Positions 47,226 through 56,433 of a stretch of DNA of 64,000 nucleotides are shown here, piece after piece (position 1 is the first letter of the stretch; every line of letters starts with the position of its first letter). Source of the stretch: a virus (taxonomy: Duplodnaviria; Caudoviricetes); IMG/VR virus record IMGVR_UViG_3300020577_006271, positions 32,001 to 96,000 of that record, one strand, 5' to 3'. Under the pieces are notes generated by a model that was not told the DNA's origin, did no database searches, and was given only the letters and a program-made list of their open reading frames with translations. Position numbers and translations under genes: made by a program.

Positions 47226-49553
47226 TTATGGCTGTTTATTAACTATTGCGTAAATTTTTAATCCAGTCTTAAAAACTGTCATATGGATCATTTTTTTATC
47301 GGTTGTCGTTGGCAATGATCCATTTAATCCAATCCAATCTGATCCATATGTTATTGATTGTGATGTTGTTCCACCATCATAAATTATTAAATTTGTTGGT
47401 TTGTTTTGGGCGCCTAATGGAACATTATTAAGCGTAAGGCCTTCGGATAAATTCGTTATAACTGTGGTATTATTATTAAAATTCAAAGTCAACGATCCTA
47501 TCGTCCCATAATTAAGTATGGTAGATGATAATTTTGTATTTAATGTAGTTGTTAATGTATCCAATTCAGTTTGTAACCCGCTGACAGTTGATATGGCCTG
47601 CGATCCTGTGTGATTGCTACGGCTTCTATTAGCTGTATCTCTGGCATTTAATTGTGTCGGGGTTTCAAAGCCACTTGGATTTGAATTTGGATATTTAGTT
47701 GCTAATTCAGCAGCTGTAGCAGTTGAAACTGGTTTATTTATATCAGATGTATTATCTACGTTTTCTAATCCAATATATGTTTTATCAATAACTGCTGGTG
47801 GATTATCAAATCTAACACCATCTAAATATGTTATAAATTCCGATTTACGATTATATTCATTTAAGTATTCAATTTTGAACTCAAGTTCAATTTGTTCTTT
47901 AAAATTCGTAAATGGAACCTTAATATTATACTCAGATGGGTTAAATCCTTTATCTGAGTCAGGCGTTATATCAAATTCAATCAAAGTAACCGTAAATGGA
48001 TCCTGACTAAATTGTAGTTCTATCCCTGCAGTTTGTTCATCTAACGATTTAAAATAGAAAACTTTCTCTGCATTACCTTTAGATAAGTCGATGCTTCCAA
48101 TCAAATTAGAATTTGGTTCATCGACTGGCAATAATTCAGTTGCAAACGATTTAAATTTATCTCCAAGAACAAATATATTAATTTTACCAGATGTAGCTGC
48201 ACTATAATATTTTAATTTCAATTTATAAATTGAATCGGCCTTGAAATTAAACGTATTATCGGATATTAAATATCCAGGTGTAGACAAATTATCCGTCTGA
48301 AATTTAGGACAATTATCAATTTTATCGGATTTCATGAATAATAAATTAGTTAACGTCCAATAATCAGATGCTGGTGACTTTAGTTGATTAATAGCCCCAG
48401 ACATATCAAATAACCAATCAGTTCCGAAAATTGATTGTGGTTTAACTATCTGGTGTTTGCCTAAATTATTATATGATCCGATATCTTTGAATGGACGATA
48501 CCCAATTTCGACTGACTCCACAAATCCAGAAGACATTTCTAAATTATCAAACTGAAAATTTATATATGTGACTGTCTGGGAGTCAGTTAACTCTGGAAGA
48601 CTTGTTTTATAGTCAATCGAAAAATTAAAATTTATTAACGACTTTATTGTAAAATCTTTAAATTTAACCGGTAAATTTATATCGGCTATTACAATAACAT
48701 GGTATAAATCCAAAACTTCGGAAATAATTCCAGTTATAGGTGATGTATTTATTGGCTGACCGCCAGAAGCTAGATATTCAGTATATTGCAATAACTGTTC
48801 AGCAGATAATTGATTCTGAAAATTAGTTTCAACATCATTAATTACAATATTTGAATTTATCATATCTCTGACGAAAATTGGATTCGTCGATGTCATGATA
48901 AGTTTCTTCGTTTTAGTAAATGTCGATATTTTTGAATCAGTCAATGATGTTGTTATAACTTCAATTGAAGTATTAGATGTACCTTCAAGTAACGTTAATG
49001 ACGTTTGTCCAGCACTTGTTTGATCAATAGTAATTTGTCGTAAGTCGGTAGTGGTCTTTAAAGGAACTGTAACCAACGATGCACTCACTGTTGGATTATT
49101 AGTAAATATAATTTCGTCGTCGGTTGTTTTGTCTGGTGAAATTAATACTTCATGTACATATAATAAATTTGGAATATCTAATTCCGATGTAGTTGTTCTT
49201 ATTGGAACTCCATTATATTGAGTACACCTACCAGCAAGTATTATCTGGCCTACCCCAATTACAGAATCATCATATATTTCAATAGTTACCAACCTCGAAT
49301 TATCACTTAGCAGCTTATCTCCAATTTCATAATAAACGGGGTTACCCTGAGAATCTAATACATCTACATAAATTCTCGAATCTTTTACTAAATTTTTCGG
49401 ATTAACCGATATTCTAAATGATGATTTACCTAAATATAATCTATCCGGAACATCATAAATGGCAAAATATTTAGGTGAATATAATTCAGTGTCAACAAAT
49501 GGTATTTCATTGATATTTGTAATCAAATTACTTTTAAGACGTGTTTTCTTCAT
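47226..49553 (-). CDS. virion structural protein with fibre-like C-terminus
   Basis: SPKYF..GKSSF..VDVLDSQGNPVY; IGLENVDNTSDINKPVSTA. Confidence 0.6.
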   Translation of the reverse strand: MKKTRLKSNLITNINEIPFVDTELYSPKYFAIYDVPDRLYLGKSSFRISVNPKNLVKDSRIYVDVLDSQGNPVYYEIGDKLLSDNSRLVTIEIYDDSVIGVGQIILAGRCTQYNGVPIRTTTSELDIPNLLYVHEVLISPDKTTDDEIIFTNNPTVSASLVTVPLKTTTDLRQITIDQTSAGQTSLTLLEGTSNTSIEVITTSLTDSKISTFTKTKKLIMTSTNPIFVRDMINSNIVINDVETNFQNQLSAEQLLQYTEYLASGGQPINTSPITGIISEVLDLYHVIVIADINLPVKFKDFTIKSLINFNFSIDYKTSLPELTDSQTVTYINFQFDNLEMSSGFVESVEIGYRPFKDIGSYNNLGKHQIVKPQSIFGTDWLFDMSGAINQLKSPASDYWTLTNLLFMKSDKIDNCPKFQTDNLSTPGYLISDNTFNFKADSIYKLKLKYYSAATSGKINIFVLGDKFKSFATELLPVDEPNSNLIGSIDLSKGNAEKVFYFKSLDEQTAGIELQFSQDPFTVTLIEFDITPDSDKGFNPSEYNIKVPFTNFKEQIELEFKIEYLNEYNRKSEFITYLDGVRFDNPPAVIDKTYIGLENVDNTSDINKPVSTATAAELATKYPNSNPSGFETPTQLNARDTANRSRSNHTGSQAISTVSGLQTELDTLTTTLNTKLSSTILNYGTIGSLTLNFNNNTTVITNLSEGLTLNNVPLGAQNKPTNLIIYDGGTTSQSITYGSDWIGLNGSLPTTTDKKMIHMTVFKTGLKIYAIVNKQP

Positions 49554-49554
49554 A

Positions 49555-52500
49555 TTATATATATCGTATTAACGATTTATTATCATGTTTACTAATCGTC
49601 AATATATTATCAGCTACATCCTTAAGTGATTCTAAATGCGTTATGCACATTATGAAATCAAATTTATCTTTCAATTTGTCCAATAGCATATATACATTAG
49701 AAATTGAATTGGCATCTAATACCCCAAATCCTTCATCAATGGCAATGAAGTTTGGTCTCGCTAAGGATGTTACTTCAATTAATGCCACCCTAGAAGCTAC
49801 AGACACTAAGAATCTTTCCATTCCGGATGCTAATTCAACTGGCCATTTTTGGTCTCCATACACCAAGTGGCAATATATACTTTTTTCATCATTTGAAAAT
49901 TCAACTTGAAAATCACAAATTCCATGCAATAAATTATTAACTTCACTTTCAATTACCGGCATAATCTGCTTTAAAATATTGTATGGAATGCCATTTGATG
50001 ATACTGCATTAGCATAAGTTTGATACATCAATATTTCATTGGTTAATTTATTAAGTTCAATCTTATTATCGTTATTTTGTTTAAGTGATTCTTGTAATTT
50101 ACTAACATCAACTTTGAAATTAGTCATTAAAATTTCTAGTTTTTTTGACCGATCTTTCAAATCCTGGATTTGTTTTTCATTTTCTTCGATTATATTGCGT
50201 AAACGTATATTTTCGGTATATTGTTTTTCATTAGCGGTAAAGTCTCTTAATTCTTGTTCTACTCTAGCGATCGATGATTTCAATTCCTTAAATCTAAGTC
50301 TATACACTTCAACAGTCTGTTGGGCAGTTTGTAATTTAGATTCTATTAGCTGTTTATTATTAATTTTGTTGTGTAATTCTTTAAATTCACCAAGTATCAA
50401 TTTATACTCATTCATTTGATCTAACGAATTTACCAAATCAGCCGAAATTGAATTGAATTCGTTTACCAATTGTGGATATTTTTCTTTAGCGAGTTTTGCA
50501 GACTTAACAAAATCACTATTGCAACAAAATTCACAGTTTGGATCATATTCGTATGTTTCAAGAATTTGAATTTCTTTTTGATACGAAGTCATTTTATTTT
50601 TAATGGTGTTTAGCTTCGTTTCAGTTTCCTTTATCTTGGCAGTTAATGAAGTAGATTCAAATTTAATTTTTTTCTCTCTGTCATAATCAATTACAGTTGT
50701 TCCACATTTATCTATGTCTGAATTTAACTGTTTTATTGTGCTGTTTAAATCAGGAATTAACGTATTAACCAACACCGATAACTCATGTTCCATATCTTGT
50801 AATGAGTTTTCAATTTGGATCCTATTGCGAGTTGTTGGAATATCAACGATGGATAATAACGATGCTTTAATAATAGCATCTAACTCGGAAATCTGAGTGT
50901 GACATTCTGATACAGTAACTTCGTATTTGTTAATTAACTGCGTCTTTCTATTTATTTCACCTATAGTTTCAGATTCAGTTACTAAATTTACCTTGGTTGA
51001 TAAATTCGACACCACTGCTTGTTTATCTTTTATGATACCTTTAGCAAGCCAATTTAAATCGGTGAACAGCTTTAGATCCAAAAACGAATATAATAATTCT
51101 TTTCGTTCACGTTGTGTTTTAAATATAAAATTTCGGTTGTCGGTTTGTGTGCTTAAGGCGGTGAGCATGAAATCATCATACGATCCTAAATAAGAACGAA
51201 TAATTTTGTTCGTATCGTCTCGATCTTTTCCACGAAGTTGTTCGGATGATGAATAAAAATCAACGTTTACTCTAACCTTCCTGTCTTTATTGGCTGACCC
51301 CTGTCGTATAATGGTATATTCTTCATTATCAATTTCCAACCCGACTTTGACTACAAATGAATCGCTCTGATTGTTCAAAATCTCATCAGCTTTAAATGTC
51401 TTAGAACATTTATCGAACAAAGCAAATGATAATACTTCTAATAATGATGATTTTCCTGCTGCATTGGGTGCAAATATACCTTGAATTCCAGACATGTTTC
51501 TAAAGTCAACTGAATTATTAGATCCATATGAAAACATGTTGTCAAATTCCATATACAACAATTTCCAAGTCGTATTTCTGGCATTTTTATCTAGATTATT
51601 TAGTTGTGTGTTAACCGTTCGATTGATGTGCCTAATTCCATCAACAAAGTCGGTATCTTTATTATCAACAAATTCAGTAATCAATTGGTTTTGATATTCA
51701 ATATCTCTAACATTGCCAATCGACAAATCCGCTGTTTTTATATCGGAGTGATTGGTTAATTTTCGTAATGAATATTCTTTAAATACATGTTTAGATTTTA
51801 ACTTATCTAGAAATTGATGTATTATATCTAATTCAGTTTGACGATGTTTAACCTTAACTCTTAAATACTTAGGCAACAACGTGAAATATTCGGGATTAGT
51901 TACTAATTGGTTATCGTCGAATTCAAATGTCGCGTAAGCAATATCATTTTCAATTTCAACAAATTCATTTGTACCTGCGGCGATATTCCAAACTATTAAT
52001 CCATGGTGTTTAACAGTTTCTCCATAATTTTGTTGGATTAAACTCGACGAATACGCCATAGTTTTGGCCGGATTTAAATATTGCTGCTTATGAATGTCTC
52101 CAAACATTCCATAATCATAGCCCCGAAAGTTTTTGATCGTAACGGCATCATTTTCGATCACATGGTTTAAATCGGTGGTAGCACCCATAATTGCCCCGTG
52201 ATGTAATGCAATTTTAATATCAGATTTTGGCAAATCGGATGCTGGTGGCCATTGATCAATGGTATCAAATACTGAACAGACTCCAAAGGATATATTAGAA
52301 TCCGGTGTTAATTTATAAATTCCAGAATTTTTCCAATAATGTAAACGCCGATGTTTTAAATTTTCTACAATCGGAGACAAAGCATCAAGTCTAGAATTAT
52401 TATTTAAATTTGTGTCATGGTTACCACATATTAATATAGTTGGACATATATCAGCACATGATTTTAAGAATCTACCAACCATGTGTACCAATTCAGGGCT

Positions 52501-52671
52501 TAGATCGGTCTTTTGGTGGACAATATCTCCTGCTAAATAAATTACAGAGCCAGGAGTTTTATTATCCTTAATATATTTGTATAGACGTTTAAATACATTA
52601 TTGTATTCGGTATGTCTTTGGTAATTTCGGATATGTACATCCGATATATGAAATATTTTATCAATTATCAT
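49555..52671 (-). CDS. fused Mre11/SbcD nuclease - Rad50/SbcC ATPase (gp47-gp46)
   Basis: HISDVH, GDIVH, GNHD, GDIH; APNAAGKS, CEFC hook, ASGME, IDEGFG. Confidence 0.92.
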   Translation of the reverse strand: MIIDKIFHISDVHIRNYQRHTEYNNVFKRLYKYIKDNKTPGSVIYLAGDIVHQKTDLSPELVHMVGRFLKSCADICPTILICGNHDTNLNNNSRLDALSPIVENLKHRRLHYWKNSGIYKLTPDSNISFGVCSVFDTIDQWPPASDLPKSDIKIALHHGAIMGATTDLNHVIENDAVTIKNFRGYDYGMFGDIHKQQYLNPAKTMAYSSSLIQQNYGETVKHHGLIVWNIAAGTNEFVEIENDIAYATFEFDDNQLVTNPEYFTLLPKYLRVKVKHRQTELDIIHQFLDKLKSKHVFKEYSLRKLTNHSDIKTADLSIGNVRDIEYQNQLITEFVDNKDTDFVDGIRHINRTVNTQLNNLDKNARNTTWKLLYMEFDNMFSYGSNNSVDFRNMSGIQGIFAPNAAGKSSLLEVLSFALFDKCSKTFKADEILNNQSDSFVVKVGLEIDNEEYTIIRQGSANKDRKVRVNVDFYSSSEQLRGKDRDDTNKIIRSYLGSYDDFMLTALSTQTDNRNFIFKTQRERKELLYSFLDLKLFTDLNWLAKGIIKDKQAVVSNLSTKVNLVTESETIGEINRKTQLINKYEVTVSECHTQISELDAIIKASLLSIVDIPTTRNRIQIENSLQDMEHELSVLVNTLIPDLNSTIKQLNSDIDKCGTTVIDYDREKKIKFESTSLTAKIKETETKLNTIKNKMTSYQKEIQILETYEYDPNCEFCCNSDFVKSAKLAKEKYPQLVNEFNSISADLVNSLDQMNEYKLILGEFKELHNKINNKQLIESKLQTAQQTVEVYRLRFKELKSSIARVEQELRDFTANEKQYTENIRLRNIIEENEKQIQDLKDRSKKLEILMTNFKVDVSKLQESLKQNNDNKIELNKLTNEILMYQTYANAVSSNGIPYNILKQIMPVIESEVNNLLHGICDFQVEFSNDEKSIYCHLVYGDQKWPVELASGMERFLVSVASRVALIEVTSLARPNFIAIDEGFGVLDANSISNVYMLLDKLKDKFDFIMCITHLESLKDVADNILTISKHDNKSLIRYI

Positions 52672-53582
52672 ACAGTCATTTTCATTTTCACTTCTAAATC
52701 AAACAATTCGCCTTCCGAAATTGGCTTAGTTTCATTAATTAAATTCCAAGAATTTTCGTAACCTAATTTATTTATATCATATCCAGTAGGAATCTTAACG
52801 TGATATGATTTTATTCCAAATATATGCAGATATTTCAAATATTGTATTTGCATTTTTAATGCATCTGGATCTAAGCATAAATAAACATCTGATATTTCAT
52901 TATCTAGTATGTACATCTTCAATCTATTTGGCATTGATGATCCATACATAGGAGATCCGTTAAATCTAACTGTTATAGCATCAATAGCACCTTCGGTTAA
53001 TATCAATGGTATATTGTAGGATAATTGCATTTCGAAGCCCACTATATTCCTAGAAATTCGTTCATTAACAAACCGTTTATCTCCTAAATAACTCCTGGTT
53101 GTAAGAAAGTTTAAATGACCATCAGTGTCATAATTTGGGAAAATAAGCATTCCAGAATATTTTCCTGATTCCGAATATCCTATATTATATTTCAATAAAT
53201 CGAAATTTGTCAATTTACGTTCTTCTGTGGCATACTGATATGCTCGCTTCCAATAAACCGAATTCGATTTAATGTAAATTGGTTTAAAATCTTTTGGTAA
53301 TGAAATAGGTTTAGGTATATCTGATGTATCATGGTAGTATTTGTGTGATGGCACAATTGCATCATAGCGTTTATGTATAGCATCAGAAACATTTAACCGT
53401 CTTAATAATGTTTTAATCGATTTTCCACGGGTGTGACATATCCAACATGCCCAAGCACCTAATTCAGGATGTACCTCTAATTTTTGTTTGTAATGATTAC
53501 AGAATGGGCAATGGAATGCAAGGTTACCCTTTGACTTTTCCGTGTATTGCCCAAGAACATCTACTAAAATTTCAGTAATCAT
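52668..53582 (-). CDS. DNA primase (zinc finger + TOPRIM)
   Basis: CPFCNH..CWIC, TEGAIDA, LDPDA, DIN. Confidence 0.9.
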   Translation of the reverse strand: MITEILVDVLGQYTEKSKGNLAFHCPFCNHYKQKLEVHPELGAWACWICHTRGKSIKTLLRRLNVSDAIHKRYDAIVPSHKYYHDTSDIPKPISLPKDFKPIYIKSNSVYWKRAYQYATEERKLTNFDLLKYNIGYSESGKYSGMLIFPNYDTDGHLNFLTTRSYLGDKRFVNERISRNIVGFEMQLSYNIPLILTEGAIDAITVRFNGSPMYGSSMPNRLKMYILDNEISDVYLCLDPDALKMQIQYLKYLHIFGIKSYHVKIPTGYDINKLGYENSWNLINETKPISEGELFDLEVKMKMTV

Positions 53583-53585
53583 TCA

Positions 53586-53617
53586 ACAATATACAAAAAA
53601 TAAATCAAATATCCAAA
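53586..53617 (-). promoter_or_regulatory. Bacteroidota-type promoter abutting the primase ATG
   Basis: TTTG-N20-TATATTGT, 3 nt before ATG. Confidence 0.65.
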
Positions 53618-53646
53618 TTTTTACTTGAATATTTTATATTCCCGAG

Positions 53647-53877
53647 CTACAATTTCTTAAATCCAGGTTTAACAACAATGGTATCACGTGGTACTATAAC
53701 TTCTAAATGTATTTTGATAATTATAGGTTGCCCATATGGAGTTCTGGTGAAATGTGTCGCTATGTATTCCCCATTCTCAGAAAATTTACCTAAGGTTATA
53801 CCATATTTAAGTGTATCCATCTGTCCAATACATAAACTGGACATAAATAATAAAACAAATATTATAATCTTTTTCAT
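53647..53877 (-). CDS. small secreted protein
   Basis: Signal peptide MKKIIIFVLLFMSSLCIG followed by Q. Confidence 0.6.
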   Translation of the reverse strand: MKKIIIFVLLFMSSLCIGQMDTLKYGITLGKFSENGEYIATHFTRTPYGQPIIIKIHLEVIVPRDTIVVKPGFKKL

Positions 53878-53885
53878 GATATATG

Positions 53886-54182
53886 TTAAAATGGTTCTGA
53901 ATTTAAATGGTTATCCAAAATAATGTCTAAAGCTGTGGAATAATTAGCATCTTCTAGAGCTCTAAGAGTTTCATTCGAAATTGAGTCTAGTCCGGCAGCC
54001 TTTAATGCCGCAATAAATTTAGGTTCAATTTTAAGTAAATCTACTCCAGATACCGATTTTGGTAAATATCTGGCAGATAATTTCTTCACAATAGCCATAA
54101 TTTTTAAAGCTGCATCTGGATATTCAGATGTTTCAGATATCCTGTTATTAGCAATGTTTTCTAATATTCGTTGTAGTTTCAT
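53886..54182 (-). CDS. hypothetical protein with leader-like N-terminus
   Basis: MKLQRILEN..RISE; AAGGA upstream. Confidence 0.6.
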   Translation of the reverse strand: MKLQRILENIANNRISETSEYPDAALKIMAIVKKLSARYLPKSVSGVDLLKIEPKFIAALKAAGLDSISNETLRALEDANYSTALDIILDNHLNSEPF

Positions 54183-54190
54183 AATAATCC

Positions 54191-54295
54191 TTAGTTAATA
54201 TTTAATAATTCTTTTAATTCTTTATAAACACCGTTTGGTATTTGAGCATTTTGTGCAAATTGTATTAAATCGTTATATATTTTTTCGTAATTCAT
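54191..54295 (-). pseudogene. truncated Mob-type HNH homing endonuclease N-terminus
   Basis: MNYEKIYNDLIQFAQ...YKE then stop, before any HHIIP motif. Confidence 0.55.
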
Positions 54296-54728
54296 ATAAT
54301 AATTCAGATTTGTTTGATATGTTAGAAAATTTGTTACTTCCGATAGATTCGTTGTAATAATAATCAGTTAATATAACATGATAATGATATTGGAAAAATA
54401 TTTCTAGGTAATTTACATGACTCTTGGTTTTCCCAAACATTAATATTTCAAATTTAAATTTGTCTTTACCGATATTTTTAATGTCTTCGTTTAAAACCTT
54501 TGATGAGCCAGTGTATTTAGCCCAATCCGATTCTTTGGTTATCACTTCTTTCCGTTTCCTTCCGGCAGCTTTTTGAACCTTGGTTAATGCCTTTCTTCTT
54601 ACGGAAATAGCATATTTTCTCCCGATGTACATTTTACCATTTTCTAAATTGGTAATTTTATAAATAAATCCAGCTACTCCTTGTGGCAGTTCTTCTATTG
54701 GTTCGTTATTGTAGGTCCAGTGACTCAT
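54273..54728 (-). CDS. GIY-YIG endonuclease
   Basis: GFIYKITN..YIGRK..SDW..YTGSS..E..YYN. Confidence 0.85.
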   Translation of the reverse strand: MSHWTYNNEPIEELPQGVAGFIYKITNLENGKMYIGRKYAISVRRKALTKVQKAAGRKRKEVITKESDWAKYTGSSKVLNEDIKNIGKDKFKFEILMFGKTKSHVNYLEIFFQYHYHVILTDYYYNESIGSNKFSNISNKSELLYELRKNI

Positions 54729-55060
54729 GATACTTTCTTTATATTTTTAGGTTCGAAAACTAAATAATCAGTTCTATCGGATTCTGGCAATATTACACCA
54801 TCATATCCATCAGCAATTAACTCGTCTATTGAATATTTATCATATTCATCCCATCCAGCTGGATTTTTAAGTGTTATTTCACGCTTCATTATATATTTTC
54901 CACCAGCTGCGCCTACTTCTCTATTCTTTAATGCTGTTACATTGTCAGTGAACCAGAACCCGTCCCAAGCATGATCTAATGAAAAATTATCAAATTTAGT
55001 ATCAGTTCCATGGTAAACAATATATTTATTTTCCCGTAATATGTCTTTGAATTTAATCAT
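54725..55060 (-). CDS. MIKFK-leader protein with ADP-ribosyltransferase-like (ART-PolyVal-type) domain
   Basis: MIKFKDILRE; VYHGT..FDNF..GFWFT..LKNP..GYDGVI..YLVFEPKNIK. Confidence 0.75.
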   Translation of the reverse strand: MIKFKDILRENKYIVYHGTDTKFDNFSLDHAWDGFWFTDNVTALKNREVGAAGGKYIMKREITLKNPAGWDEYDKYSIDELIADGYDGVILPESDRTDYLVFEPKNIKKVS

Positions 55061-55541
55061 CCGCACTCATTACCTTTAAAGGTGGATCAAATTTTGCGAC
55101 TATTCCTCCTACTGCAGAAAATGAAACATTTGAACCTTTGGCTTTTGCAAATTTAGTTAAATAATATTTGTATAAGGTATCTCTTCTGTTACCAGATTCA
55201 TCATCTTCCTTTTTCGGATCATATTTAATGTAAATTAATGCTTTTTCGTCATACTTTTTGGCATATCTCGTTAACCATTCTTGAGTTGCACCTAATACAA
55301 AAGACATAATTTTTAGTGCATTATTTTGATTAGTCATCTCTGTACTACCGTTAGCATAAAAATCAATAGATATAGCTATTTTATCAGATATATTTATCAA
55401 TAATCGGATGTCTACGAAATAGGTATCATTTAAATATTTAAACGAAGCAGTTCCGCCGTTTTCATTGATTGTGAATGTGCTTCCTGGAGCAATTTGGATA
55501 TTATCTCCAATTTCAGTTAATATGTCTTTAAATTTAATCAT
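55053..55541 (-). CDS. hypothetical protein with MIKFK-type leader
   Basis: MIKFKDILTE. Confidence 0.75.
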   Translation of the reverse strand: MIKFKDILTEIGDNIQIAPGSTFTINENGGTASFKYLNDTYFVDIRLLINISDKIAISIDFYANGSTEMTNQNNALKIMSFVLGATQEWLTRYAKKYDEKALIYIKYDPKKEDDESGNRRDTLYKYYLTKFAKAKGSNVSFSAVGGIVAKFDPPLKVMSADD

Positions 55542-55881
55542 CAAACCTCGTTTTATTTATCTCATCCCATAAACTATTATTTGGTAAGTTAGGGCCAAGT
55601 CCTGATGATAAATTTGAATTGAGTATAAAATCAGTGGCAATTTGTATTCCAACATATTTAATATCAGGCGATGCTTCCTTAAATGATACCATATCCGATT
55701 CTGTAAACTCATTCATATTTTTATTCACCAAAAATGTTGGTGTCGGATCTATAACGATATTATCGTCTTTAACTATCCATCCATGGTTAATAGCCGACGG
55801 GAAGTCTTTAATATCTATTAATAATTCGTTTTCATGTTTAAATTTTCCATGCAACAATTCAATTATACTAAATTTAATCAT
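55534..55881 (-). CDS. degenerate MIKF-leader protein with partial papain/transglutaminase-like domain
   Basis: MIKFSIIE; HGWIV..IDPT but no Cys in the ORF. Confidence 0.5.
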   Translation of the reverse strand: MIKFSIIELLHGKFKHENELLIDIKDFPSAINHGWIVKDDNIVIDPTPTFLVNKNMNEFTESDMVSFKEASPDIKYVGIQIATDFILNSNLSSGLGPNLPNNSLWDEINKTRFDD

Positions 55882-56414
55882 ATATTATCAATTATAAAAT
55901 TCATTGTAGCATCTTTACCTTTCAAATCTTTCCAATGTCTAGAATTAATAAAAGTAGAATATAAACCATTCATATTAGCAATTGCTTCAGCTTCCCATGG
56001 TAGTTTCGTGTATGATATGTGATCTGATTTCATTAGCTTATTATAATCCCTAATGTTAATATATTCTTTACCTTTCCATATGATGGCGGTATAATCTTTA
56101 TTTGGCAGAAGTTCTTTTTTAGAAACCTGCTTAACATGAGTTAATTCATGTATCATAGCTTGTATAATGCGCCGATACGATTGATTTGGATTGAAATGTA
56201 AGTAAAATTTACCATTATTTACGGAGTTTGAATTTAATGATATATCACCAATCATTTCCGTTGCATCTTTTTTCTTTACTATAATCTTAGCATCAAATTC
56301 ATATCTATCCATCATAAACGAAACTACTGATTTAACCAGCATTGTTTCATATGGTTTCAATTTTAATGATGTACCAAAAAGGTCTTCAGTTAATATATCT
56401 TTAAATTTAATCAT
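55878..56414 (-). CDS. MIKFK-leader zincin metallopeptidase
   Basis: MIKFKDILTE; IHELTHVKQ..PWEAEA. Confidence 0.8.
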   Translation of the reverse strand: MIKFKDILTEDLFGTSLKLKPYETMLVKSVVSFMMDRYEFDAKIIVKKKDATEMIGDISLNSNSVNNGKFYLHFNPNQSYRRIIQAMIHELTHVKQVSKKELLPNKDYTAIIWKGKEYINIRDYNKLMKSDHISYTKLPWEAEAIANMNGLYSTFINSRHWKDLKGKDATMNFIIDNI

Positions 56415-56433
56415 TTTTTCCTTATTTATTCCT

